Origin: a virus
Length of the DNA: 64,000 nucleotides
Reading direction: 5' to 3' (one strand)
Virus record (IMG/VR): IMGVR_UViG_3300045988_127389
Coordinates: 58,908 to 122,907 of that record
The translations under genes were made by a program, and so were the position numbers. How positions within the stretch are numbered: position 1 is the stretch's first letter; every line of letters starts with the position of its first letter. Shown one piece after another: positions 19,147 to 29,026 of this stretch. The notes beneath the pieces were generated by a model. That model searched no databases and had not been told where the DNA came from. It was given only the letters and a program-made list of their open reading frames with translations.

Positions 19147-21135
19147 TCAATACGGAGTATTATTAGCGGCGGCTTGTTCGTAATCAAGAACTCTATCACC
19201 AACAAGCAAGCCGTTCTTACCAAAAATCGGGCTGTTGTATCTAATCAAGCCTTTATCCCAAGAATACTGCTTGAATCTATCATCACCGTCACCATACAGG
19301 CGGCGAGTTACGCGGTCATATCTAAGACCAATTCTTTCACCATGAATACCAAGCGTTCTATCCTTAAAAACTGTGAACTGTCTGTCGTATCCCTGTGCCT
19401 TCAAATCATTATCCCAAACCTTCTCAAGCCCGTAGATTCTATCAGCCATATTAACAATGTTAGATGTGCCAAGAATCTCATACTCGGAAAGAGGAATACC
19501 AGCCTGTTGCTTACGAGGATGGCAAACAAGGTGAACTTCCAATCCATTCTGTTTTGTAAAATGAATCAATTTATTCATAAAGTCAACCTGAATGCCAGTC
19601 ACTTCTGTATCAGAAATACCACGGAAATTCAAGCACAGCCAGTTATCAAGGATAAATACCTTTGTACCGCATCTTTTGTAAATGTACTTCATCTTATCAA
19701 ACACCATGTCGGGATTCGACAAAAGCAAGTTGTCATAAACAAAGATTTTCTTTGCGTAGTATTGCTTAATAGCCTGTGTTGCCTGTGGAGTAGGTTTGTA
19801 ATACTGAAAACCATTTGCCCCAGTATATTCGACAGAATGTTGTCTGCCAGCCGCCTGCGCCAAAACCCAGTTTAACATCTGGCTTGTAGTTGATTCGGCA
19901 TTAAACCAGAATACGCTTTCGCCACGGTCAATAGCTTCAAGAACACAACACTGCGAAATCATAGTGGTTTTGCCAACACCCGAGTAGGCAGTCCAGATGT
20001 TCAATGTTCCGTCAATGAAACCGTAAATCTGCCTATCAAGCGAATTGATACCACTCGGAATATATTCAGTCTGTTCAATATCAAATTCCTCAACGTCCAT
20101 CAGGTCGATAACGCTTTCCAGAGGAATTTCTTCGGCAGAGTTAATCAACGCGAGGATTCTTGCGCTACCACAAGCCAACAAAACATTATTCGCATCGGTT
20201 TTACGAATATCTACATTCTCATTAAAGCTGTGATAGTAATTATAAACCGCTTCTTCATCATCCTCCGTAGGTTTGACAATCTTAATACGATATTCACCAA
20301 GGCGAGGAATGGCTTTCTTCATACCACTTTCGCCAGCATCATCGTTATCAAACCAAAGGATAATATCTTCAAACTGGTCTAAGAACTCATAGTTAAAGTT
20401 AATCCAGTTATCATCATTCGCGCCAGATGGAATACTTACGACGTTTTTGAAGCCAGCCTCAATACAGGCCATAGTATCGTTCATACCCTCTGTCAACAAA
20501 AGCGGCTGTGTTACATCAATCTTGTTAATGTTATAAAGAATAGGGCAAGTATCAGCATTTTTCTGATAGAAATATTTCGGTTCGCCACTCTTAATTGCAT
20601 GACTAGGACGATATTTAACTGTAACAACACGTCCGGTCAAATCCCTAAACTGATATGCAACGTTCCCATGCATATCAGAACCAAGACCAACATATCGACA
20701 CGTCTCCTCGGAAATACCGCGCTTCGCCATATATTCCAACGCAACACCGGAAATATCATCTTCAACTTTAGGGTATCTGAAGTTCTTGAAATAATCCTTC
20801 TGTTCAGTTGGCGCTGTAAAACTAAACAGAGATGGGTCGTATTTTACTTTTGTCTCGTCTAACAAACGCTTAACTGCCTTCATGTAAGGTTCACCAAACT
20901 TGTACATATAATAGTCCAAGATACCGAATACCTTACCAGTGGAGAAGTCCTTAAAGTAATAATCCTTTTTCATCCACATCATTGAAGGATTATTGTCGTT
21001 AGCATTGAAGATAGATTTTGCAGAGCCTTTCTCTGGATTCCACTCTTCAAGCGGATAACCTTCTGCGATAATCTCTGCTTGTCTATCACCAAGAACTCCT
21101 TTTGCTTCAATGATTTTATCCAGAAGTTCACTCAT
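19147..21135 (-). CDS. primase-helicase (TOPRIM primase fused to DnaB-like helicase)
   Basis: TOPRIM segment LTEGMNDTMACIEAG and a C-terminal Walker A motif SGVGKTT. Confidence 0.75.
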   Translation of the reverse strand: MSELLDKIIEAKGVLGDRQAEIIAEGYPLEEWNPEKGSAKSIFNANDNNPSMMWMKKDYYFKDFSTGKVFGILDYYMYKFGEPYMKAVKRLLDETKVKYDPSLFSFTAPTEQKDYFKNFRYPKVEDDISGVALEYMAKRGISEETCRYVGLGSDMHGNVAYQFRDLTGRVVTVKYRPSHAIKSGEPKYFYQKNADTCPILYNINKIDVTQPLLLTEGMNDTMACIEAGFKNVVSIPSGANDDNWINFNYEFLDQFEDIILWFDNDDAGESGMKKAIPRLGEYRIKIVKPTEDDEEAVYNYYHSFNENVDIRKTDANNVLLACGSARILALINSAEEIPLESVIDLMDVEEFDIEQTEYIPSGINSLDRQIYGFIDGTLNIWTAYSGVGKTTMISQCCVLEAIDRGESVFWFNAESTTSQMLNWVLAQAAGRQHSVEYTGANGFQYYKPTPQATQAIKQYYAKKIFVYDNLLLSNPDMVFDKMKYIYKRCGTKVFILDNWLCLNFRGISDTEVTGIQVDFMNKLIHFTKQNGLEVHLVCHPRKQQAGIPLSEYEILGTSNIVNMADRIYGLEKVWDNDLKAQGYDRQFTVFKDRTLGIHGERIGLRYDRVTRRLYGDGDDRFKQYSWDKGLIRYNSPIFGKNGLLVGDRVLDYEQAAANNTPY

Positions 21136-21149
21136 GCAAATCTTTCTCC

Positions 21150-21839
21150 TTAATTAGTTAATTGCCCGTAAGGACATTGATGACGAAAATCACAGAAATT
21201 GTTACAATAGAAGTCGAACTTTCCATTGTTCTCTTGAGTGATAGGTTTAAACTCAAATTCGCCCTCTATCTCATCAACGGTTGATTCTATCCAGTTTAAG
21301 ACTTCGTTTAGTCTATTCTCGTCGAAATCAACCCATGTCCATTTATTTAATCTAAACATAAAGAACGCCATCTTTTTCGGATATTCGCCATACATTTGTT
21401 TCATTGCCCAAGCATAGGAATATAACTGCTTCTCGTATTCGATGCGTTCCGCTTTGCTCTTCCAATTTCCTTTAGATTTATAATCAATAATCAGTAGGCC
21501 ATCATCGTTTTCTGCAATAACGTCTATTTGACCTTGCAATCTAAATTTATCTTTGAAAGGTAGTTCAAAATGTTTTTCAGTTTCTAAAATCTTAAAATCA
21601 AAACCTGTAAAATTACTTAGAAAATCATAGCCGTCTTTGTAATATTTATACCCCATATCCCTTGAAAAGTTCTTTTCCATCTGCAAAGTGAAAGTAGATG
21701 TTACATTCTCTGCATAATGCTTCTCATAATACGAAAGCATATCATATATATCAAGTTCACCTTTTCCATACATCTCCAATATCTTGTGCATATATGACCC
21801 AAATTCGCTTGTACCGTGTGACTCTGGAATCATCTTCAT
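21150..21839 (-). CDS. PD-(D/E)XK exonuclease, Cas4/RecB-like with C-terminal Cys cluster
   Basis: D..IDYK-type nuclease core plus a CNNFCDFRHQCPYG Fe-S-type Cys cluster. Confidence 0.6.
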   Translation of the reverse strand: MKMIPESHGTSEFGSYMHKILEMYGKGELDIYDMLSYYEKHYAENVTSTFTLQMEKNFSRDMGYKYYKDGYDFLSNFTGFDFKILETEKHFELPFKDKFRLQGQIDVIAENDDGLLIIDYKSKGNWKSKAERIEYEKQLYSYAWAMKQMYGEYPKKMAFFMFRLNKWTWVDFDENRLNEVLNWIESTVDEIEGEFEFKPITQENNGKFDFYCNNFCDFRHQCPYGQLTN

Positions 21840-21959
21840 ATCATCAAAATAATGAAGATAATAGTAATATTTACAATTAAAGAAACTTTTTAGTTTTGAA
21901 AAAGAGTAGGTATTTACCTACACATTCTTATTCATATCCATGTCAATCATCCCTATAAT

Positions 21960-21995
21960 AAAAATGGGGCGGAGCGCAACCGCTCGCCCCATAAA
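21960..21995. terminator. bidirectional rho-independent terminator
   Basis: Perfect GC-rich hairpin GGGGCGGAGCGCAACCGCTCGCCCC flanked by A/T runs. Confidence 0.6.
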
Positions 21996-22009
21996 TCATA
22001 CTTTAGTTA

Positions 22010-22426
22010 TTAGAACGGCAGTTCGTCATTGTCCTCAGATGGTGCATTTGCTACCATAGTTGCCGGAGCATCATTGGTAATTGCTGTATTTGCATTACCG
22101 CCATTCTTACCGCCGCAGAAAGAAATGTTGCTTGCAACAATCTCGATTGCGATACGGTTATTGCCGTCCTTATCAGTGTACTTCCGAGACTGCAAAGAAC
22201 CTTCAAGGGCAATCATATCGCCCTGATGGAAATACTTGCAGACAAAATCTGCGGTCTGCCGCCAAGCAACGACATTCAGGAAATCTGCCTGACGCTCATT
22301 GGTGGTCTTGTCAACATAATTGCGTTCAACTGCGACACTAAAGCTAGTCACGCTAGTGCCGTTATCAAGCTGACGCAGTTCCGGGTCACGAACCATACGA
22401 CCCATAATAACAACATGATTCAGCAT
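22010..22426 (-). CDS. ssb: single-stranded DNA-binding protein
   Basis: OB-fold SSB sequence with an acidic DNDELPF tail. Confidence 0.8.
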   Translation of the reverse strand: MLNHVVIMGRMVRDPELRQLDNGTSVTSFSVAVERNYVDKTTNERQADFLNVVAWRQTADFVCKYFHQGDMIALEGSLQSRKYTDKDGNNRIAIEIVASNISFCGGKNGGNANTAITNDAPATMVANAPSEDNDELPF

Positions 22427-22446
22427 ATTTCAAATTCTCCTTTAGA

Positions 22447-22653
22447 TTAGAAAATAACATACGTTTCAAGATATTTCTTCAACTGACCAGCATTGGTAAA
22501 CTTGTGCGTTGCAAGTTCCTCCATAGCTTTCTGTGTTGCGTCAGCAGAAGAGCTAAGTCTATAGATATAACGACTATACTTGATGTTGCCATTTACTGCC
22601 TCCATCAAAATAATCTTTGCAATCTGTCTACCGGAAAGATAAGCACTTTTCAT
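22447..22653 (-). CDS. hypothetical protein (68 aa)
   Basis: ORF. Confidence 0.35.
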   Translation of the reverse strand: MKSAYLSGRQIAKIILMEAVNGNIKYSRYIYRLSSSADATQKAMEELATHKFTNAGQLKKYLETYVIF

Positions 22654-23660
22654 TATGCTAAACTCTCCAATTCTGCAAGAACAGCCTTTGCTACATCACC
22701 ATCTGTAATCGTATTATAGTTTGCAACAGGCTTGCCATTTACGATATGATGCTTAGAAATAGCCTTTGCAATATCCATACGGTCAACGCCCTTGGTCTTG
22801 AGGGCTTCAATCAGACTTGCAATAGATTCAATACTGGATGCAACTTCCGAATCAGATGCTTTGCCGACTGCCGCAGGATTACCGGTAGAAATATCTGCCT
22901 TTACAGGATTATAATTGTTTGCGTAGGAATTGTCGTCAGCGCCATCGTTTGCCCAGTCGATAATCTTAGCACCATGACTTTCATCCAATCGAGTAATACC
23001 TTCATTTTCAAAAATGTGGGTATTATCCTTTTCGCACTTTGCCATGTGACTATCGCGGTCAATCATAAAGGTCGTAGTAAAGTAGTATTCAAAGCCCTCG
23101 CGCTGTTTTGCGCCAACACCGAGCTTCTTGACAGTAACCTTACCACGGTCATCCTTATCGACCTCATACTGGTCTTTACCCTTCATCGTACTAATAATAT
23201 GTATCGGAGAATATGCCATCGTGTCGATGAACTTATCGTGACGAGGAGTAACCTTTGCCCATGCCTGATAGTTTCCACCAAACTGCTGTTGCAGGTCAAG
23301 ACAACCACCACGTCCTTCCCATTCAGCGGACGAACTATCAATCACAAGAATTGAATACTTCTGCTGAACAGCAAAGTTGATAAGGTCGATAAACAGCTCA
23401 GGGTTGTAAGGGGGATTCAAGTCAACAATATCGAACTTAAATTCCTTTGCGTAATACCGACCACGAGGGCCTTCTGTATTCGCAAAAAGAATCTTGCCGT
23501 TAGTTCCCTCAAGAACATCACGCTTTCGCATTTCGTCAATCATGCCAGTTGCCAAACGCAATGCAGAATAACTCTTACCACATCCACTAGGCCCCATCAG
23601 CGCAATCTTGACAGCAATCTTCTCACGTACAGCTTCTTGTACATTAAAATTAAATGCCAT
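22653..23660 (-). CDS. RecA-like AAA ATPase (Sak4-like)
   Basis: Walker A LMGPSGCGKS. Overall size matches the phage Sak4 / PF13479 family. Confidence 0.6.
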   Translation of the reverse strand: MAFNFNVQEAVREKIAVKIALMGPSGCGKSYSALRLATGMIDEMRKRDVLEGTNGKILFANTEGPRGRYYAKEFKFDIVDLNPPYNPELFIDLINFAVQQKYSILVIDSSSAEWEGRGGCLDLQQQFGGNYQAWAKVTPRHDKFIDTMAYSPIHIISTMKGKDQYEVDKDDRGKVTVKKLGVGAKQREGFEYYFTTTFMIDRDSHMAKCEKDNTHIFENEGITRLDESHGAKIIDWANDGADDNSYANNYNPVKADISTGNPAAVGKASDSEVASSIESIASLIEALKTKGVDRMDIAKAISKHHIVNGKPVANYNTITDGDVAKAVLAELESLA

Positions 23661-23702
23661 GTAAATTACCTCTTATATATATAGAATAAATCGAACAACT
23701 AT

Positions 23703-23731
23703 ATTATATCAAATTTTTTGAAATTTGTCAA
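23703..23731 (-). promoter_or_regulatory. sigma70-type consensus promoter
   Basis: AAAACCACTTGACA-17-TATAAT, upstream of the Sak4-like gene. Confidence 0.6.
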
Positions 23732-24417
23732 GTGGTTTTTGAAAATAATTTTTCAGTTTTGTAGACTCGGCCTTGCCGCACATCTACCTGTCTTGCAATC
23801 TGCTTAGACCAAACACAAGCAAAATCATTAGGAGCAGTCTCTTCGCTTACAAGGACAGTACACCTTTTTGAAAGCTCTCTGACATACTCCCAAAACGCTT
23901 CATGGTCAAAATCACCAGTAGAATATCCAGTAGTTCCTTTATATGGTGGGTCTAAATACACGACCGAACCATTCGGGATTGATACATCTCGATAATCACC
24001 ACACAAGAACTCCGCATTCTTTAAACCGTTTAGGTCACGATAAATACTGTGACTTGCACCAGCACAAAAATCTTCGCCGCGCTTATTTCTTGCAAGACCA
24101 CCAAACCACTTACCAGAATAACTACACGCAAAACCAACATATCCGGTCAATCCGGGGTCTTCATCTTTGTGCGCTTTCACGTAATCGTATGTTGACTTCG
24201 TGATTTTATCCGGTAACTGCCTTCCGGCCTGAACATCTCGCCACATGGCGATTAGATATGGATGCGCGTCATTAAGAATTTTGCGATTCGCATTGACACG
24301 CGACTCAATAGAACAGCTCCCGCAAAATAAAGATATAAAATCACGATTTCCTATCACTGAATTGATATAATCTGAAATATCTTTTGCGATTCTGCTCTTA
24401 CCACCTAAATATCTCAT
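23728..24417 (-). CDS. DNA adenine methyltransferase (Dam-like)
   Basis: MRYLGGKSRIA, FCGSCS and DPPY motifs. Confidence 0.7.
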   Translation of the reverse strand: MRYLGGKSRIAKDISDYINSVIGNRDFISLFCGSCSIESRVNANRKILNDAHPYLIAMWRDVQAGRQLPDKITKSTYDYVKAHKDEDPGLTGYVGFACSYSGKWFGGLARNKRGEDFCAGASHSIYRDLNGLKNAEFLCGDYRDVSIPNGSVVYLDPPYKGTTGYSTGDFDHEAFWEYVRELSKRCTVLVSEETAPNDFACVWSKQIARQVDVRQGRVYKTEKLFSKTT

Positions 24418-24445
24418 CTAAACACCTGTTATGTATAAGGGGTAA

Positions 24446-24784
24446 TTACCCCTCGTTGTGTACATACTTGGTCGCAATAAATGCGTCCTTATCTGCAACA
24501 ACCTTATCGCGGTTCTCGGTCACGAGAACGATTGCGGCCTCCTGTGCCGCAATCTCATGCTCACATTCGGCAATGGCGGCCTTCAGTGCCTTAATGTAGC
24601 GCTTGTGCTCTGCAATCTTAGCATCCTTCTTAGCAATCTTGTACTTGAACTCTGCCAGCTTCTTACCGAAGTCCGCGTCAAAGGTATCCTCTGCGTGACA
24701 GACAGCCATCACCTTGATACGCTTGCCAAACTCGTGACCCAGAGCGATAACGCGATTGTGATTCTCATAAACCTTCAGCTTCAT
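24446..24784 (-). CDS. hypothetical coiled-coil protein (112 aa)
   Basis: ORF downstream of the promoter at 24840-24868. Confidence 0.4.
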   Translation of the reverse strand: MKLKVYENHNRVIALGHEFGKRIKVMAVCHAEDTFDADFGKKLAEFKYKIAKKDAKIAEHKRYIKALKAAIAECEHEIAAQEAAIVLVTENRDKVVADKDAFIATKYVHNEG

Positions 24785-24839
24785 AACTTTTTCTCCTTTA
24801 GTTCTTTTGTTTTTGTTTTATTGCCTTTCGACTGTCTAT

Positions 24840-24868
24840 ATTATAGCATAGAAACCGGCCAAAGTCAA
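24840..24868 (-). promoter_or_regulatory. sigma70-type promoter
   Basis: AAACCCCTTGACT-17-TATAAA. Confidence 0.5.
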
Positions 24869-25138
24869 GGGGTTTTGGAAAATTTCTTAAAGAAAAATCC
24901 GGGATGATTACTACCTAGTAGTAGTATACCATCCCGGATTCAAGAAGTCAAGAGGTTATTCTAAATTTTTTAATTCAGAATTTATGAAGTCTATCTTTTG
25001 CTCTATAAACAACAACTGCTGGTTGTAATAGTCGGACTGATACACTTCACAAGACTGAAGCAAACCGTTCGTCTCGTCGAGTTCTGACTGAACCCCATTT
25101 AGTTCATCTAATAGGAACTGTCGATAATCAGATTTACC

Positions 25139-25669
25139 CTATTCAGCAAAGTATTCAGAATATTCGTAATAAAGCTCTGTAATTTCAATAGTAGCTTTAT
25201 TTTTCTTCTGACCGTTCGCCTTTCGCTTTTTTACAGCACCCTCGCCGCAAGTATAAATATAGAACGCATCTTCCATATTTGTGGCTTTATCCATTGCGTA
25301 TCTAAGAATCAATGCACCAGCTCTAATGTTTGTCTCTGGGTTATACAAACCTTTCTTAGATGTTTTTAATCCATTATTTGAAAGAAAATTCAAAATATCT
25401 GACGTACATCCAACTTGCATTAGGCCAATATAGCTTGTGCCAACATCGCTCTTAAATCTTGACTCGTGATAGATAATAGCAACTAACGCAGAATACGGAA
25501 CATCAAGTTCCTCACTCACTTCTCTTGTATATACTTTTAGATTGTTATTCCACGATTCATATAATTCAAACTTGTCACTAAAATCTGCCGCCTTTGACGG
25601 AACTGCCACAGCGCAAATTATTGCGAATGTTGTAAGCAAAGCAATGATAGCTCCTAGCAGTTTCTTCAT
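25139..25669 (-). CDS. secreted lytic transglycosylase (SLT domain)
   Basis: N-terminal signal peptide plus ES...GLMQV SLT motifs. Confidence 0.65.
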   Translation of the reverse strand: MKKLLGAIIALLTTFAIICAVAVPSKAADFSDKFELYESWNNNLKVYTREVSEELDVPYSALVAIIYHESRFKSDVGTSYIGLMQVGCTSDILNFLSNNGLKTSKKGLYNPETNIRAGALILRYAMDKATNMEDAFYIYTCGEGAVKKRKANGQKKNKATIEITELYYEYSEYFAE

Positions 25670-25986
25670 GCAACCATCTCCTATTCATAAATAATAAAAA
25701 TTGGGAACGAATCGTACTCACTCGTTCCCATCCACCAAATATCGCGTGGTCGTATTCTCTAGTCCCGACCCGGACTACCGCTTTCTCCCACGGTGGGGCG
25801 TGATACCCTTCCGAGTATCGTTTCTCAAGCCAGCTTGAGGATAAATGATGGGGTGGCGCGAACACCATTGTCGGCATCAAAACCACTAATCAGAGCACCG
25901 CAAAGTGTAATAGTGTACCTCTATTACAACAGTTCGGTCTGCTCCTAAAGGCATCCCTTTACCAGTCCGCTTTAATTCTCATTTAA

Positions 25987-26061
25987 TGGAGCGTCATATT
26001 GGAGTCGAACCAATCTAAAAGAGATTTGCAGTCTCTCGCCTAGCCGTCTGGCGCATGACGC
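25987..26061 (-). tRNA. tRNA-Cys(GCA)
   Basis: Hand-folded cloverleaf. Anticodon loop is CTGCAAA, T-arm is GGTTCGACTCC, and CCA is encoded. Confidence 0.7.
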
Positions 26062-26187
26062 ACATTTGCAATTTAGGTTTTGCGAACCACACATCGAGCG
26101 TATACTCCGTTAAATCCCCTTGTGATACAATCACTCCGAGACGGTTTTGTAACACCGTATGCTCTATTTTGTTCATCTTTACGGTCG

Positions 26188-26278
26188 TGGCGTGGTAGAA
26201 GGGATTTGAACCCCTGCACGGTATACGCCGCCTACTTGCTTTCCAAGCAAGCCCCTTCAACCTCTTGGGTACTACCAC
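26188..26278 (-). tRNA. tRNA-Ser(GGA), long variable arm
   Basis: 91 nt. Acceptor GTGGTAG pairs with CTACCAC, anticodon loop is TTGGAAA, CCA is encoded. Confidence 0.65.
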
Positions 26279-26402
26279 ATATTATGCCTTGATTACTAAA
26301 GGCATAACGCGAGTATCGTTGCATCCAGCGGTTTCATACCTAGTGAATACACGATATTTTCTATCGGATTTCAAAATATCTTTATAATACTTCAAAAATA
26401 AG

Positions 26403-26479
26403 TGGTGTTTCCAGAATGAATTGAACATTCGACCTCAATCTTATCAGGATTGCGCTCTAACCAACTGAGCTATGGAAAC
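26403..26479 (-). tRNA. tRNA-Ile(GAT)
   Basis: Canonical D-arm AGCTCAGTTGGTTAGAGC, anticodon loop CTGATAA, CCA encoded. Confidence 0.7.
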
Positions 26480-26480
26480 A

Positions 26481-26506
26481 TAAATTGCTGTCTTTCCAGC
26501 AGTCAT
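26481..26506. repeat. 26-nt direct repeat TAAATTGCTGTCTTTCCAGCAGTCAT (copy 1) immediately 5' of tRNA-Ile
   Basis: Identical copy at 28121-28146, 5' of tRNA-Arg(ACG). Contains the hairpin TGCTG-N6-CAGCA. Confidence 0.6.
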
Positions 26507-26627
26507 CGGTTTATCCGCGATGTGCTTGTTCCTTAACACAAACACGGCATACTGTCATATCACGTATTTACTATATTTTTTACGAATACCAGCTACAATA
26601 GTCGCAACTCGAAAACTACTTACCGCG

Positions 26628-26704
26628 TGGTGCGCCCGAAGAGATTTGAACTCCCGACCCATCGCTTAAAAGGCGATTGCTCTAACCAACTGAGCTACGA
26701 ACGC
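26628..26704 (-). tRNA. tRNA-Lys(TTT)
   Basis: Anticodon loop CTTTTAA, T-arm GAGTTCAAATCTC, CCA encoded. Confidence 0.7.
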
Positions 26705-26842
26705 AAATGAAAGCACGAATACCCGCCCACGTGCATGGTACTTGCTCTTCTGTCTTGTCAGTACCTCCCAAGTCCATTAACTCTATGGACACGGTAGTTA
26801 AAATACTTGCCTATACCTATTCTACCACGGCATAGGTGCGAT

Positions 26843-26918
26843 TGGAGCCACCTGTAGGAATCAAACCTACGACGTATGCGGTACGAACGCATCATTCTAT
26901 CTACTGAATTAAAGTGGC
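26843..26918 (-). tRNA. tRNA-Thr(CGT)
   Basis: Anticodon loop TTCGTAC, CCA encoded. Confidence 0.6.
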
Positions 26919-26919
26919 A

Positions 26920-27007
26920 TGGAGCCAGTGACAGGACTTGAACCTGCGAGAACCCTTTCGGCATCGGGATTACAAAACCCGCGTTCTACCAACTGAACTA
27001 CACTGGC
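26920..27007 (-). tRNA. type-II tRNA (long variable arm), anticodon region ambiguous (TGT or GTA)
   Basis: 88 nt with good acceptor, D and T arms. The anticodon stem closes with a T.T mismatch and the loop can be read as 9 nt (TTTTGTAAT). Confidence 0.45.
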
Positions 27008-27124
27008 AAATCTAAAAGACACATTAAAAATTGAATAACACATAGATGGATAATCGGACGAATACTTTTACTCAAGTTTTAATATAAATGGCTGGATGTG
27101 TCTTTGCATATATAAAAAGGAGGG

Positions 27125-27346
27125 TTATTTTCTTACCTTCATATCTAACATGGTAAGCCTATCTTCACGCCTGAAAGAAATTATATCGTACCATTTTTCT
27201 AAGGTGTATTTTAGCTGTCTAAGCTCACTATCGGTGAACTTCTCGCGTTCATCTCTTAGATATAAAGTAACAATTCCATTTTCTTCGCCAATCTTTAGTC
27301 GGGAAATCTTGCTCATAATATTATCACTAGCAACTTCACCCAACAT
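27125..27346 (-). CDS. hypothetical small protein inside the tRNA cluster
   Basis: 73-aa ORF of charged, protein-like composition. Confidence 0.35.
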   Translation of the reverse strand: MLGEVASDNIMSKISRLKIGEENGIVTLYLRDEREKFTDSELRQLKYTLEKWYDIISFRREDRLTMLDMKVRK

Positions 27347-27417
27347 TTGAAAGAAAGCAATAGGGTCATTTTCAATCTACTGCATCTGATTCACGTCCCT
27401 TCTTTTTAGATTTCTAA

Positions 27418-27530
27418 TGGCTGCGTATGGAGTCGAACCATAAACATCGTCCTTATAATGGAAAAATGTGTAGCTGTTACTATCTAAAATAGATAGGCTT
27501 TACGCGCTCTGCCAATTGAGCTACACAGCC
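27418..27530 (-). ncRNA. tRNA-like RNA with ~37-nt internal insertion (113 nt)
   Basis: Perfect acceptor (GGCTGTG pairs with CGCAGCC, followed by ACCA), canonical D-arm and T-arm (GGTTCGACTCC). About 62 nt, including the hairpin CTATCTATTTTAGATAG, replaces the anticodon and variable arms. Confidence 0.45.
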
Positions 27531-27625
27531 ATAATGGTGAGTTTAAGGTCACTCAACCGCAAATTAAGTTTTTGTTTTGTCCACAGCAGGACTGACAGGA
27601 CTTGTTTAGCTTATAAACTGTCGTA

Positions 27626-27701
27626 TGGTGCGAAATACAAGACTCGAACTTGTAACTTCTACCTTGTAAAAGTAGCACTCTTCCAGTTGAGTTAATCTCG
27701 C
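27626..27701 (-). tRNA. tRNA-Val(TAC)
   Basis: Anticodon loop TTTACAA, CCA encoded. Confidence 0.6.
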
Positions 27702-27832
27702 ATAATAAATACAGTAGTCGGGGTCGAACCGACATCTTCGCCTTGGCTTTTAAGAAAAATAATTGCGGCTTATGTCTGTATAGACACATTCTTATTTTGG
27801 CGATGTTTTACCATTGAAACCATACCGTATTC

Positions 27833-27918
27833 TGGTGTGCATGGTGGGACTTGAACCCACAATGTCTTTCGACACTGCCATCTCAAAGCAGCTCCTATGC
27901 CAATTCGGATACACGCAC
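27833..27918 (-). tRNA. tRNA-Leu(GAG), long variable arm
   Basis: Anticodon loop TTGAGAT, variable-arm hairpin TGTCGAAAGACA, CCA encoded. Confidence 0.6.
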
Positions 27919-28040
27919 ATATAAATGTCGGCTTACGCACTCTCATGAGTTAGCATCGTCACCGATAATCAGGGATACTGTCATAACAGTCACCCATAAA
28001 AGGCTTCCCTTTGTCCAGCGTAATTTGAGACTCATTTATC

Positions 28041-28117
28041 TGGTACGGCAGACAAGACTTGAACTCGCAACCTATCGGTTCGTAGCCGATTGTTCTATCC
28101 AATTGAACTACTGCCGC
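28041..28117 (-). tRNA. tRNA-Arg(ACG)
   Basis: Anticodon loop CTACGAA, CCA encoded. Confidence 0.7.
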
Positions 28118-28120
28118 ATA

Positions 28121-28146
28121 TAAATTGCTGTCTTTCCAGCAGTCAT
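28121..28146. repeat. 26-nt direct repeat (copy 2) immediately 5' of tRNA-Arg(ACG)
   Basis: Exact match to 26481-26506. Confidence 0.6.
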
Positions 28147-28256
28147 TGTTAGCCTATCCAACAATTCCCGGACTTTTATAGCTATACGCTGTTATCCAAA
28201 CCGAAAAATGGGTATTATTATGTCAGTAAGATATTGTTTTGGTAATTAGCTAAAAA

Positions 28257-28898
28257 TTATACATCACTCCACTCGCCATCTGTATATTTCTTAATGTCAG
28301 ATGTACGATATGGAAGATTATATCTTTTACACCAATTTCTAATACAGTTATCTGAAACTCCACATATAGATGCGATATGCTTAAATGGCATATTTCTAAT
28401 CATGGATTTAAGCGTGTCTCTATCTATCATATTCGGATTTGCCGTTTCTTCATATTGCTTCAAGTTTCTACACCTTAAACATCTCACAGCCCTATCCGAT
28501 ATGGCACATCCGCAATCAACACATCTATTATATGCTTTTTCATATACATTTTGTTGTTCTTCTATCACATTACGAACATCTGCTCCAACAATTTTATCAA
28601 AAGTAAAGTCATCAACAAATGTAGAAGCTGTAGTTTGATTGTTCTTTGCACGTTCTTTTCTAATCTTTATCTGAATCCTATTCCCTATGTAACTTGTTGG
28701 AATTATAACAGCAACATCCCATACATATATGTAAAATGCCATATAATCAACATCATTAACATATAATTCTCTATGCTTACTTTTTGTTAATGGATTTACT
28801 ATATTAGAACATGGACAGCTTATCGAACCATCAACTATTTGTTGATTGCAGAACTTTATCTGTATCTTATTCAGCTTTCCATTAAATTCCGCTATCAT
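28257..28898 (-). CDS. putative homing-endonuclease-like DNA-binding protein (C-terminal HTH, central Cys4 cluster)
   Basis: 213-aa ORF inserted in the tRNA array. The C-terminal segment (...ICGVSDNCIRNWCKRYNL) resembles the HTH of phage homing endonucleases. A CVDCGC...CLRCRN zinc finger is also present. Confidence 0.35.
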   Translation of the reverse strand: MIAEFNGKLNKIQIKFCNQQIVDGSISCPCSNIVNPLTKSKHRELYVNDVDYMAFYIYVWDVAVIIPTSYIGNRIQIKIRKERAKNNQTTASTFVDDFTFDKIVGADVRNVIEEQQNVYEKAYNRCVDCGCAISDRAVRCLRCRNLKQYEETANPNMIDRDTLKSMIRNMPFKHIASICGVSDNCIRNWCKRYNLPYRTSDIKKYTDGEWSDV

Positions 28899-29026
28899 AT
28901 CATAGCGTTCATTATCGCCGTAAGGTATTGAAACTGGTATTCCTCTCTAAACAAATTCATATAAAATACGCGACTCTGCAATATTGCCTTTCATCTTTGA
29001 ATTTACCATATTCATACCCCATTTAT

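Noticed and set aside
25730-25985. Possible additional structured RNA (tmRNA / tRNA) between the transglycosylase gene and tRNA-Cys
   Set aside because: A GGTGTTCGCGCCACC segment looks vaguely T-arm-like, but no acceptor or D-arm could be paired by eye. This is left unassigned; a covariance-model scan is needed.
26015-26278. Track ORFs overlapping the tRNA array: 26015-26278, 26080-26292, 26758-26964, 27553-27789, 27851-28123
   Set aside because: They lie entirely over hand-folded tRNA genes, have no RBS, and have odd composition. They are most likely spurious.
27705-27800. Possible tRNA (T-arm-like GTCGGTTCGACCCCGAC) between tRNA-Val and tRNA-Leu
   Set aside because: No complementary 5' acceptor strand or D-arm could be identified. 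It may be a degenerate tRNA remnant.
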